A DNA stretch of 63,011 bases, filler included, from Thraustochytrium aureum (Eukaryota), in assembly GCA_012862495.1 (NCBI GenBank). It is 7 parts of 4 records of this genome, joined end to end, with 100 filler letters (N's around TTAATTAATTAA, not from the genome) between each part and the next. Parts side by side here need not be neighbours in the genome. Positions count along the whole stretch, not along the records: positions 19,288 to 32,517 come from BLSG01000407.1; 6 more parts are not named here. One strand, 5' to 3'. A model generated the notes under the pieces. The model was not told the origin of the DNA, ran no database searches, and worked only from the letters and a program-made list of their open reading frames with translations. Below, piece by piece: positions 19,906 through 31,548 of the stretch; within the stretch, counting starts at the first letter, position 1; each line of letters opens with the position of its first letter. A program made the translations under genes and the position numbers.

Positions 19906-21342
19906 CTGGTGGATGCGCGAGCAGAGCTACGAGCGAGGCAGCAGCCGAATTCAGCTCGGCCGAGGAAGTACTTGCGAGGTGGACTCCGGGCGCGAACCGT
20001 CCTCGTCGTTGTTGCTGTTGTTTTGTTGATGCAGACCACATTACTTACATACATACATTGCCTATTGGNNNNNNNNNNNNNNNNNNNNNNNNNNNNNNNN
20101 NNNNNNNNNNNNNNNNNNNNNNNNNNNNNNNNNNNNNNNNNNNNNNNNNNNNNNNNNNNNNNNNNNNNNNNNNNNNNNNNNNNNNNNNNNNNNNNNNNNN
20201 NNNNNNNNNNNNNNNNNNNNNNNNNNNNNNNNNNNNNNNNNNNNNNNNNNNNNNNNNNNNNNNNNNNNNNNNNNNNNNNNNNNNNNNNNNNNNNNNNNNN
20301 NNNNNNNNNNNNNNNNNNNNNNNNNNNNNNNNNNNNNNNNNNNNNNNNNNNNNNNNNNNNNNNNNNNNNNNNNNNNNNNNNNNNNNNNNNNNNNNNNNNN
20401 NNNNNNNNNNNNNNNNNNNNNNNNNNNNNNNNNNNNNNNNNNNNNNNNNNNNNNNNNNNNNNNNNNNNNNNNNNNNNNNNNNNNNNNNNNNNNNNNNNNN
20501 NNNNNNNNNNNNNNNNNNNNNNNNNNNNNNNNNNNNNNNNNNNNNNNNNNNNNNNNNNNNNNNNNNNNNNNNNNNNNNNNNNNNNNNNNNNNNNNNNNNN
20601 NNNNNNNNNNNNNNNNNNNNNNNNNNNNNNNNNNNNNNNNNNNNNNNNNNNNNNNNNNNNNNNNNNNNNNNNNNNNNNNNNNNNNNNNNNNNNNNNNNNN
20701 NNNNNNNNNNNNNNNNNNNNNNNNNNNNNNNNNNNNNNNNNNNNNNNNNNNNNNNNNNNNNNNNNNNNNNNNNNNNNNNNNNNNNNNNNNNNNNNNNNNN
20801 NNNNNNNNNNNNNNNNNNNNNNNNNNNNNNNNNNNNNNNNNNNNNNNNNNNNNNNNNNNNNNNNNNNNNNNNNNNNNNNNNNNNNNNNNNNNNNNNNNNN
20901 NNNNNNNNNNNNNNNNNNNNNNNNNNNNNNNNNNNNNNNNNNNNNNNNNNACTTTCTGCGCCTTCTCTGCCTCGAGCGCGCGCCGCAAGGTTTGCGTCGC
21001 GCTCAACTGCCTGCCCTGTGTTTAGACTTGGCCTCCTTTGCCCCTGCTCGATGTCGATGTCGTGCGACGCGAGCGGGGCCCTGGCCACCTGCCCTGCCCT
21101 GTTCTCTTTGTTTGTTTTGTTTCAATGTAAACCGCCCTCTTTCTTCCTCCGATACCAGCCCGCACGCACTGCATGGCGCGAGTGGTACATCAAGTTGCGA
21201 TGGCAGCATCCGGGCCCTCGGCTGTGCACGCCAGTGCAAGTCCGAAACTCGTGATACCTAAACTCCAATGTTACACGTTTACTGACTTGCTCTACTCGGA
21301 CGTACTCCCGCATCCCAGAGTTCTCAGTAGGCCTACCCTACA

Positions 21343-21369
21343 CACCACCACCACCACCACCACCACCAC
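21343..21369. repeat. (CAC)n microsatellite
   Basis: Read directly from the sequence. Confidence 0.9.
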
Positions 21370-21519
21370 GTAGACGTGCGCAGGCACGTACGTACTCTAC
21401 TCTACGCACAGAACGTCTGCGTGCCACACGGCGCCCCTCAGCACTTGCACCGAGTTGGGACTGCTAACCTCCCACGCCAAAGTGTCCCGAACCACCGCCA
21501 AACGCGTCCGCTGCGTGCG

Positions 21520-24217
21520 CTACATGAGCCGCCGCATCAGCGCGTCCAGGCTGCGGCTCGTCGGCTGCAAAAACGTGTAGCACCTGTACATGCGCGAGAT
21601 CGTGCTCAGCTTTTGCGGCAGCGCCAGCTGGTCGCTCAGCAACTCGGCCACGTCCTCGGCGAGCCACTTGCGCTCATGCCGGTCGAAAAACGCCACGTGG
21701 TCGACAACCAGGTGCTCCAGCTGGTGCAAGAGCAAGACGAGCCGGCCGAGGGAGACCCCGCGCAGCAAACGCCGATCCTCGCTGTGGAGGTTGAGAAGCT
21801 GCTCCACATCCCGCAGCATCAGGCGCACCTGGCCAAACACGTACCGCTTCGTCCGCTTCGACCCGCGGACGGCCGTCAGAGCCTGCCAACCGACCTGGTA
21901 CACCGACCAGGCCACCAGAAAGGCCGGCACTGTGGCCATCACCTCCAGGTTGAACTGGTTCTCCCGGATCAGCTCGTCCAGCGCAGTCATCACCACCAAA
22001 AGCTCCTTCTTCATGAATTGCATCTGGATCAGCAGCATGCGCACAAGATCGCCGCTGACCAGGCTGGCGATCGGCTTTTTCAGCTCAGACTCGTACTGCT
22101 GCGAGATGATCGACACGTCCAGCGCCTCGACGACCTGGCGCACGCCCTCCTCACTCAGGTCGGGCCGCACGTCCATCACATAGTCGCGCAGCATGCGCCC
22201 AAGGCTCTCCTTGGCGTCTTGCGTCAGCTGCGCGTCCGCCACGCTCAGCGTGTGGTCAAATACGATCTCGTCGATCAAGGCCGCGAGCGGCTTGCGGACG
22301 TGCTCGACGTAGAACTCGTTCCAAGACGCACGCACGCGCGCCATGAACTCGAGCGTCTCGGCGCGGTGCCGTGCCCCAAGCACGACAAGGCCGACGCCGA
22401 CGACAGTCCCAGCGACAATCTNNNNNNNNNNNNNNNNNNNNNNNNNNNNNNNNNNNNNNNNNNNNNNNNNNNNNNNNNNNNNNNNNNNNNNNNNNNNNNN
22501 NNNNNNNNNNNNNNNNNNNNNNNNNNNNNNNNNNNNNNNNNNNNNNNNNNNNNNNNNNNNNNNNNNNNNNNNNNNNNNNNNNNNNNNNNNNNNNNNNNNN
22601 NNNNNNNNNNNNNNNNNNNNNNNNNNNNNNNNNNNNNNNNNNNNNNNNNNNNNNNNNNNNNNNNNNNNNNNNNNNNNNNNNNNNNNNNNNNNNNNNNNNN
22701 NNNNNNNNNNNNNNNNNNNNNNNNNNNNNNNNNNNNNNNNNNNNNNNNNNNNNNNNNNNNNNNNNNNNNNNNNNNNNNNNNNNNNNNNNNNNNNNNNNNN
22801 NNNNNNNNNNNNNNNNNNNNNNNNNNNNNNNNNNNNNNNNNNNNNNNNNNNNNNNNNNNNNNNNNNNNNNNNNNNNNNNNNNNNNNNNNNNNNNNNNNNN
22901 NNNNNNNNNNNNNNNNNNNNNNNNNNNNNNNNNNNNNNNNNNNNNNNNNNNNNNNNNNNNNNNNNNNNNNNNNNNNNNNNNNNNNNNNNNNNNNNNNNNN
23001 NNNNNNNNNNNNNNNNNNNNNNNNNNNNNNNNNNNNNNNNNNNNNNNNNNNNNNNNNNNNNNNNNNNNNNNNNNNNNNNNNNNNNNNNNNNNNNNNNNNN
23101 NNNNNNNNNNNNNNNNNNNNNNNNNNNNNNNNNNNNNNNNNNNNNNNNNNNNNNNNNNNNNNNNNNNNNNNNNNNNNNNNNNNNNNNNNNNNNNNNNNNN
23201 NNNNNNNNNNNNNNNNNNNNNNNNNNNNNNNNNNNNNNNNNNNNNNNNNNNNNNNNNNNNNNNNNNNNNNNNNNNNNNNNNNNNNNNNNNNNNNNNNNNN
23301 NNNNNNNNNNNNNNNNNNNNNNNNNNNNNNNNNNNNNNNNCGTGCGTGCGCCGGGCGAGTCCGGCGTGAAACCCTTGGCAGTGCGCAAGCACGCTCGCGC
23401 GGTCAAAGCTCCCGTCACGCGGCGGCTCGACGGTGCTCTGCATGTCCAAAATGTTTTCCATCTCACGCATGCAGACAAACGTCATCGCCTGAAGCGCCTC
23501 GAGGCTCTCCAGCTCCTCAAACCGCAAAAGAACCTCCTTCAGTCGCCCGAGGTGGCCCAAGTGCAGGATCGACATGTCCTCCAGGTACGCGATCGTGTGC
23601 TCGAGCGACCGCTGCGGCTCCATCGCACCGAGGCCTGCCCTGGCGCCGTCCAGTTGGTCTGCCCCGTCCCGCTGCCGCTTGCCTCCGGTCGTCCACGCGA
23701 GCGCCACACGACTCGCCTTGGCCCACATCTCGCGCCCGGTCCAAATCACCCGCGCGCGGAGAGGGCGGTCTTCCAGCTCGCTCCAGAACGCAAGGTGGGT
23801 GGAGAGCTCGTCCAAGAAAAGCAGCAGCTTTTGGAACAGCACGTCCAGCTGGGCCAGCACGAGCCGGGTCACCACGTACTGCTCGATGGGCCGAAGAGAA
23901 GCGGCCGCTGTCGCCGTGTCTTCCTGCGAGGTGCCCCCCTCGGATGGGGCCGCCCTCGGATGCGGCCCCTTCGGAAGCCTCTGCGGCCAAGGGCGCCTCG
24001 GCCCAAATGCTTGGCAACAGCTCCTCTGTGACATAGCGCAGCTTGCGCTCCAGGAACGGCGCAGTGGCAGCCTCGTCCAGCACGTCTAGCACGTCCAAAA
24101 GCGCGACGGCGCGGCTGTCGCCTTCCGAGGCGCGTACCTGAAGCTCGGACATGGCGAGCTCGGCGCCATGCACGAGGCCGATCTGCGACTCGGCTGAAAT
24201 GGTGCCCACCGCGAGTT
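21520..24217 (-). CDS. NCA2/DGS1-family mitochondrial outer-membrane protein; interrupted by gaps, 5' end in gap
   Basis: YESELKKPIASLVSGDLVRMLLIQMQFMKKE...ALDELIRENQFNLEVMATVPAFL matches the NCA2 domain pattern; the N-terminal part HLAFWSE..RP...WTGR on the same strand resembles DGS1. Confidence 0.8.
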
Positions 24218-24763
24218 NNNNNNNNNNNNNNNNNNNNNNNNNNNNNNNNNNNNNNNNNNNNNNNNNNNNNNNNNNNNNNNNNNNNNNNNNNNNNNNNNNN
24301 NNNNNNNNNNNNNNNNNNNNNNNNNNNNNNNNNNNNNNNNNNNNNNNNNNNNNNNNNNNNNNNNNNNNNNNNNNNNNNNNNNNNNNNNNNNNNNNNNNNN
24401 NNNNNNNNNNNNNNNNNNNNNNNNNNNNNNNNNNNNNNNNNNNNNNNNNNNNNNNNNNNNNNNNNNNNNNNNNNNNNNNNNNNNNNNNNNNNNNNNNNNN
24501 NNNNNNNNNNNNNNNNNNNNNNNNNNNNNNNNNNNNNNNNNNNNNNNNNNNNNNNNNNNNNNNNNNNNNNNNNNNNNNNNNNNNNNNNNNNNNNNNNNNN
24601 NNNNNNNNNNNNNNNNNNNNNNNNNNNNNNNNNNNNNNNNNNNNNNNNNNNNNNNNNNNNNNNNNNNNNNNNNNNNNNNNNNNNNNNNNNNNNNNNNNNN
24701 NNNNNNNNNNNNNNNNNNNNCGTCGACCAGTGGTTTGTGGGACGGCGCGCGGCTGCGGCGACG

Positions 24764-25443
24764 ATGCTGTGCGTGAGCGTGGCAGAGCGTACGCGCGCGG
24801 GGTGCGTGAAGGTGCTGGACGCGCTTGGCGGGATGAGATGGCCGAGGTTCGGGCTGATTTGGTCTGCGCGCGCGGCCAGGGCGAGGTAGACGACGACGGC
24901 CTCGCCGAGCTCTGGAAGCACCCGCGCAAGGTCATCGCGACCTGCCGCGACCTCAAGACGCCCGGGTTCACGGACGAGCGCCGCAAGGTGCTCGAGGACG
25001 CCGTCGCGGCCGGCGTAGAGATGGTCGACCTCGAGTACGAGGCGCCAGAAGCGTACCGCCAGGCGCTGGCGACGTGCGTCAAGGCGGCCGGCGCCAAGCT
25101 GATCGTGTCGTACCACAACTACGAGGAGACGCCCTCGGCGGCCGAGCTCAGAGAGATCGTGGACAACTGCTTTCTGTTCGGCGCGGACATCGCCAAGGTT
25201 GCCGTGCTCGCCAAGGACGCGCGCGACAGCGCCCGCGTGATGGCGCTGTACGACGACGAGCGGACCATTGTGGCGCTTGCGATGGGGCAGCCCGGGCAAG
25301 TGACGCGGATCGCGGCCACGAGGCTCGGGGCGCCGTTCACTTTCGTCGCAGACAAGCCGGAGAACGCCACCGCGCCCGGGCAGCTCACGCTACAGCAAAT
25401 GCGCTCGATCGCCTCGATCGTGTCAGGGTGCGGCGAAGAGTGA
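24764..25443 (+). CDS. aroD: Stand-alone type I 3-dehydroquinate dehydratase (one-base frameshift at about 24831)
   Basis: MLCVSVAE..., then EVRADL, IATCR, VDLE, IVSYHNYEETP (catalytic His), GADIAKVA (Schiff-base Lys), ALAMGQPGQVTRIA, TAPGQLTL; stop at 25443. Confidence 0.88.
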
Positions 25444-26233
25444 GCGACCGATCGAACGGTCGTCTGGATGCGGTGAGCGAGAGAGGGCAAGCACACGAAG
25501 AAAACACATCAATAGTCGGTCTTTCTTGCATTTCAACAATGCCGCTCGGCCAACACCCTCGTCAGGCCAGCAAGGCGGCGCCTTCCCGTCCGAGGTTCTC
25601 CGCTGCAAGGTTGGCAAAGCTGACCAAGCAGTGCGCCATTGCCGTGAGTTCGTCCTCCGCAGCGCCATCGGCGCGGCGGAAGTGGCGGCATGGACAGTCG
25701 CCGCTGCAGCGCGCCGCCAACCTTGGCTGGTACGTCGCGCTCGATCTTGATTAAAGGCAGAGCGCTAAGCTTTGGCGTGCCCGCCTCCATGAGCACGGTC
25801 GACGCCTCGCTCTCGTTGTCACTGGCGGACGCGCCGAGCCTCTGGAGCTTTACTACCGCGGCGCAACATGCCTCCCCNNNNNNNNNNNNNNNNNNNNNNN
25901 NNNNNNNNNNNNNNNNNNNNNNNNNNNNNNNNNNNNNNNNNNNNNNNNNNNNNNNNNNNNNNNNNNNNNNNNNNNNNNNNNNNNNNNNNNNNNNNNNNNN
26001 NNNNNNNNNNNNNNNNNNNNNNNNNNNNNNNNNNNNNNNNNNNNNNNNNNNNNNNNNNNNNNNNNNNNNNNNNNNNNNNNNNNNNNNNNNNNNNNNNNNN
26101 NNNNNNNNNNNNNNNNNNNNNNNNNNNNNNNNNNNNNNNNNNNNNNNNNNNNNNNNNNNNNNNNNNNNNNNNNNNNNNNNNNNNNNNNNNNNNNNNNNNN
26201 NNNNNNNNNNNNNNNNNNNNNNNNNNNNNNNNN

Positions 26234-26898
26234 TCCTCGGCGTCTGCCTCGACGGCCTCCAGGGAGTCGCCTGGCTTTACAAACCTCCTGCGGCGACGGC
26301 AATACAGGACAAAGGGGGGTGACGCGATCGAGCCCTGGCACCACCAGCCACGCTGGCCGCCCTCGCCCAGGACGCTGACCATAACATACACGCGCAACAC
26401 GTGCTCGGTGTTGCACGAGTGCTTGTTGGCGGTCCACCCATAGTGCCAGCCCTTGCGGCGCCGGTTGAACTCGAACACCCAGCGCTGCTCTGCGCCCGCG
26501 CCCACGGGGGCCACGAGCGCGTCCGAGTCCATGAGCGGGCGCAGCGGGGCCTCGGTGGTCCGCAACAGGGCTTGTAGCTTACTGGCCTGCACAAACTCGC
26601 CGCACTCGAAGCGCGAGGCGAACGTCGACGGCAGGAACTCGGCGAACGTCGCCACTTGCGCCGCGTCCAGCGCCCCTGCGCCCGCCGCAGCCCCGCCGTG
26701 CACCTCCACCGCCACGGCGCGCCCGCAAAACCCGAGCGGCCTGTGAAAGTTGCTGCAGCTCGGGAAGCACCGCAGATTCTTCAGCCCCCCTCGTTTGTTG
26801 TTCCGCTGGTACCTCTGCTGGAACGCCGTGTCCCTAAATCCAGCGCTCAGCCCATAGTCCCTCGTCTCGCCGCTGGCGCCCTCGAGCGCGGCGGCCAT
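26234..26898 (-). CDS. Uncharacterised protein with conserved-looking basic/Cys-His domain (YQRNNKRGGLKNLRCFPSC...H...FCG...GWHYGW...HVLRVYV...SPPFVLYCRRRRR); continues into gap
   Basis: Open reading frame with typical codon usage from MAAALEG to the gap; globular beta-rich pattern ending in a basic NLS-like run. Confidence 0.75.
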
Positions 26899-28388
26899 CT
26901 CGAGCGCCAGCACCCTAGCGCCTCTGTACAACCCTTGGCTTTCGCGCAGCGAGTCCTGCTTCCGCCTGGAGCGTGCCCTTTCGCAGCGCCTTGAGCGCCA
27001 CGAGCGAGCGAGCGACCGACCGACCGAGCGGCTAGTCGCGCGGTCCGCCGCAGGACCGAACCTTGCTGCCACTCAACCCGAGCACTGCTGGCACCCCCGT
27101 CGCCGCGCGCCAACCGTCCGACCGCCCCGGCTGCACGCTGCCGAGGCCTCGTTGAGCGTTCGTTCGGCGCTGCGGCGGCCGCTTCCGCAGTATTGCCGTG
27201 CGTGCGTGCCTGCGTGCCTGCGGGCGTGCGTGCGCGCGGGCGGGCGTCGCTCGCAGGCCGGTGCCAGTCGTTTGCGCGTCGGATCTGTACGAAGCGCCCA
27301 AATCCGCGCCAAATGCCGCGCCGATTTCGCTGGCCGCGACAGCGCGCCGAGCGCGACGAGCCCCAGCGCCGATGACTTCCTACGCGTACGCGCCTCTGCT
27401 GCTCCTCGCGCTGCTGCTCCTCGCGCCGCTGCCTGCCGCTGCGCGCCGCTCGAGCCCTGCGCCGCCTGTTCTGGCAGAATTCTGGCTGGCTGCCGCGCGC
27501 ACCTTGGGCGCTTATCTACCGCGCCGGTTCCGCTCTGTCCGCACCGCCGCCCACCTCAGGCACATGTACCGCGCCGTGTCGTGTTGTTTGCCACCCGGGA
27601 CCACACTGGGTCTGGTAGTGTGCGGACTCTGGGCCTCATGTTGGGCGCATGTAATGCGCGGGGTCCTGCGCAAGGCAAGACGCCGGGTCGCGTGAGAGAA
27701 AGAGGAGGGCACCCGGTCGGGTAGTGTTTGTGCGTGCCCGCGTGGGTGGAAGGCGAGAGGCTGCGTGCGGAGTCGCAGGCCTGTATTTACGAGACAACGC
27801 GCAAGCGGTAAAGGGCGATGAGGTGAGAGGCTGTCGGGTTAATGTAACTAAATTCACCGGCGAATAACAGATGTTAAGAAGCCGCTGGCCGGATAATCTT
27901 TTCAACGTCCGATTTGATAGGGACGCAAGGGGAGAGCATCTCATGCACGGGTTCTTGTGCGATATTCCGGCCTCGTTCGTGTCTGGTGCGAGCGAGGCCC
28001 ATCTCCATGGAGCAGCTCCCATTACATCGGCGGTGACGCGTACTCCTGTTATGTGTTTCAGGCTATTTATCCTCTTTGTACTAATAAAAGAACACGCGAG
28101 GTGCGCTTGACGCGTCACGCGTTCCACCTGTAAAAGGCTCCAGAGAAAGGGTGACCTGCGTTCCGCTCCCTTTGTGCACCACCTGCAGGTGTGCGCTCCT
28201 GCGTTCCCATGATTCACACTTGCTCGTTGCTTCCTTGTCGTAAGACTGCGTCCGGTACGGTCATCCCTTGGTATTGAAAAGGCGTTTGAGTTAACGCACA
28301 ACGCGTACCAGATCCGCCGCTCCAAACAGTGCACAGTTACAACCGCGGAGGATCTTGTGAGTAAAGTGCCCACGAAGGAGGATCCGAG

Positions 28389-28435
28389 CAGAATCAGAGT
28401 GCAGAATGCAGAATCAGAATGCAGAATGCAGAATC
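28389..28435. repeat. Imperfect (GCAGAAT)n heptamer repeat
   Basis: Read directly from the sequence. Confidence 0.75.
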
Positions 28436-29539
28436 TCCCAAGGAACTCCAAGGCCTAGTCCTACTCCATTTGGGTGGGTTGTTGGTACTCAGTACGCGAC
28501 GCGCAAAGACGGGATTAGTTTNNNNNNNNNNNNNNNNNNNNNNNNNNNNNNNNNNNNNNNNNNNNNNNNNNNNNNNNNNNNNNNNNNNNNNNNNNNNNNN
28601 NNNNNNNNNNNNNNNNNNNNNNNNNNNNNNNNNNNNNNNNNNNNNNNNNNNNNNNNNNNNNNNNNNNNNNNNNNNNNNNNNNNNNNNNNNNNNNNNGTCG
28701 CAACTCCGCTCTTCTCCTTGCGTGGACGCAGAGCAACAACTTGAACCCGAGTCGGCCAACCGCACAAAACTTGCGTAGAAACCAACCCCAAGGCCTCCTT
28801 GCCCACTGGCAGCCAACCTCATGGAGAATCAAACCACTTCCTAGGTAGAGTACCGGTACTCAGTATACTCTTCCACCAGACCATCAAAAACCAGTTCAGG
28901 TTGTGGCTGATAGGCGACAAGCGTAACCGCTACTCGCGGAGCGCGCTGGATTCCAGGTGTGCATGCCAAGAACGCAGTGCACGTGGGCGTAAGAAATGGT
29001 GATCATGAGAGCGTGCAGTTCCAGCGCGGAGGACCTGCCTGCTCCGCATGGCAGTGGTCGCGGAGATCCAACTCGAGAAATGGACGCCTTGCTGTGACCG
29101 GGGTGCAGGCTCTCCGCTGGCTTTCGCGCCGCGGCGGAGGGGAAGCAGCCGGCTTGAATTCATTGCAGAGTAGAGTAGTACAACTTCGAACGTAGAGTAC
29201 CACTCTCCCGCGGAGTACCGGTCACCTGATGATGGCCGAGCACAAATTGAAGAGCCGCGGAGGCGCTCACCTCATGCCTGCCTGTGAGTAGGTCAACGTG
29301 TTGGGCAGGCGCTCCCAGGTAGGTAGGTACCTCCTCACTCCTAGTAAAGGAAACCACCGTCATGCCAAGCAAGCCGCATTCGCCCACCTATTTTACAAGC
29401 GAGTGCAGGCAAGACGTGCAAGCATGGCTGCTGCCGCAGGCAGGCAGGCGCGCTGCAGCAAGCAGACCCCAAACGCCACAGCCTTCAGAAAAGCATTCCG
29501 AAAGCATCCGAAGCAACCAATCAACCAACCTCAAGCAAA

Positions 29540-29863
29540 ATGAAGGTCTTCGCTGTCCTCGCTGGTGCCATGCTCGTCGCGAACGCCCAGGCGGCGTGCG
29601 ATTCGCAAGAGGCCACGGCTTGCGCAGCCAAGCTCATCTCGATGGATCCCACGGGCGGATGCTCAGCAGTCCAGACCGCTTTCACGGAATTTTTCACGTG
29701 CTTGTCTGCGGCCGGTTGCGAGCCTACGGCCGATGACGTTCAGCAGTGCGAAGAGATGAACAAGGGTATCACTGAGTGCGACATTCCCTGCAGCTCTGGC
29801 GCGATGACGACTGGGTCCCTCCTGTTGGCTGGCGCAGCCGCGTACATTGCCGGCCGCAACTAG
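29540..29863 (+). CDS. Small secreted 8-cysteine protein with probable GPI-anchor signal
   Basis: Start context CAAAATGA; signal peptide MKVFAVLAGAMLVANAQA; 8 Cys in about 65 aa; SSGA small-residue site then hydrophobic SLLLAGAAAYIA; biased codon usage. Confidence 0.82.
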   Translation: MKVFAVLAGAMLVANAQAACDSQEATACAAKLISMDPTGGCSAVQTAFTEFFTCLSAAGCEPTADDVQQCEEMNKGITECDIPCSSGAMTTGSLLLAGAAAYIAGRN

Positions 29864-30589
29864 AGGTCCCGGAGCCCGTGATTCTGAAGACGCTGTAGGT
29901 ACTCTACTCTACACTCCACGGCAGTACTAAAAAAAGAAAAGGCAGATGGTCTTTGCCAGGCATGCAATACAGCGCGATGGTGGGCTCTTGTGCCACGACG
30001 CGGATCGTCGCCGCAATACAAACCTCCTCCAGTAATCCTTGCGCTTGTTTTGTCCCGCTCTGCTCGTTGCGATGCCCGAGCGCGGTCCCTTCTTTGGAGA
30101 ATCAGTGCGACAACTCGCGTCTCAAGCGTGCCCTCGCGAGCTCAAGGTCCTCTCTGGATCATCCTCGCCGCCTGCGTGGCGCCGCGTTGCGACTTCTCTC
30201 GTTGGCCGTCAAGGAGTGGCTGCTTGTCGTCTGTGGTGGCGTCTTTCCACAACGCAGCTCGCTCTTCCGCGATTCTGCAGGAGCACCCTTCCTTCCTGTT
30301 GACCGTCCAACCAAGCGCTTGACACAGGTATGTGCAGAGTACAGGTGCGCCCAGACCTCTCCTGCGGCGCCATCTCTGACCAGTTGCTTTGCCGCCGATC
30401 GACTTGGCGCGACCTCGTCGAGCATCAACCAACAACCAGCAGGCCGACCAAGAGCGGAATGAGTGCAAGGAGGACGTCGAGACACTGAATGAAATGCCAT
30501 CGACCCTCGGCCCCAGCAGACCCTCTTTGATGCTGGTTGCGAGCGCTACGAGCCAGGTCGAACAGAGGCGGAGAGCCCGAGCAGCAACG

Positions 30590-31548
30590 ATGGTGTCGTT
30601 TCGAGACGCCGTGGAGGTCGAGCGTCGCGGCGACGGCGACCGCAACAACGCTGACGAGGCGCAGGCGCTCGTGTGGCACGGGTTTGTGACGGACGCGTAC
30701 AATGTGATTGCGGTCCCGAACGGCGGGTACATGATGGCGATTGTGCTGCGCGCGATGAACAAGAGCCAGGTCGAGTGGCGCGACGGCAATGTTGACTGCA
30801 CGGCGATGCATTGCACCTTTTTGAATAGCGCCAACGCGAACAGCAATTGCCAAGTGAGGGTAACCTGCGTGAAGAGGGGGCGCCGTGTGTCCACCGTGCA
30901 GGCCGAGCTGAGCCAGGGGGGCAAAGTCCGCATTCTCTGCGTGGCGCAGTATGGCTTGTACGAGGCGGGACCGTCTGCCACGACTGTCGTTATGCGAACG
31001 CCTTGGGGACCGCAGGAGAACGGCCTCGGCGCGTTGCCCGCGGCAGATGATGCGACAATGTCAGACCCACTTGAGGGAGCCCCAAGCGGGCGGCGCGCGC
31101 TGTTCAACAGGTTTCGGTATCGCATGGCACCCTGCGACCGCGACGTGTTTTTCCGTATGGTCTCGGCCGGCGACGCGCCGGAGCGAACCGAGTGGCCTGG
31201 CCAGTACCGCACTTACATCCAGCACGAGTCGGCTTCGGACGAGTTTTCGCTCGAGTCGCTCGCGTGCATCGCCGACATCAACATGCCGACAGTAAAGTCG
31301 CAGCTACCGTTTGGGGACGGCTCGTGGGTCCCGACCCTCACGTTTGACCTTCAGTTTTATCAGCGGCCGCGCGCAGAGCTGTCGTGGCTTCTGGCTGACT
31401 ATCGCCTTGTGAGCTATGGCCGCGGCCGCACGTCGGAGGAGTGCGATGTTTTTGACCCGAGACACGTGAGCTGCTGTGCAGCTCTCGCCAGAGCGCCATG
31501 CTGGGCGTAGCGCAGAGCAAGGCAGATACTGCTCCGAGCAAGCTCTAG
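30590..31548 (+). CDS. Acyl-CoA thioesterase (TesB-like double hot-dog), probably peroxisomal (C-terminal SKL after repairing a frameshift at about 31457)
   Basis: VPNGGYMMAIVLRA, VKRGRRVSTVQAELSQ, IADINMP, WVPTLTFDLQF. Adding one C at GACCCGAGA gives DPETRELLCSSRQSAML...APSKL*, which restores the family SRQ motif. Confidence 0.85.

Noticed and set aside
27100..29500. Several 60-270 aa ORFs in a lower-GC stretch
   Set aside because: No recognisable motifs or codon bias; treated as intergenic.
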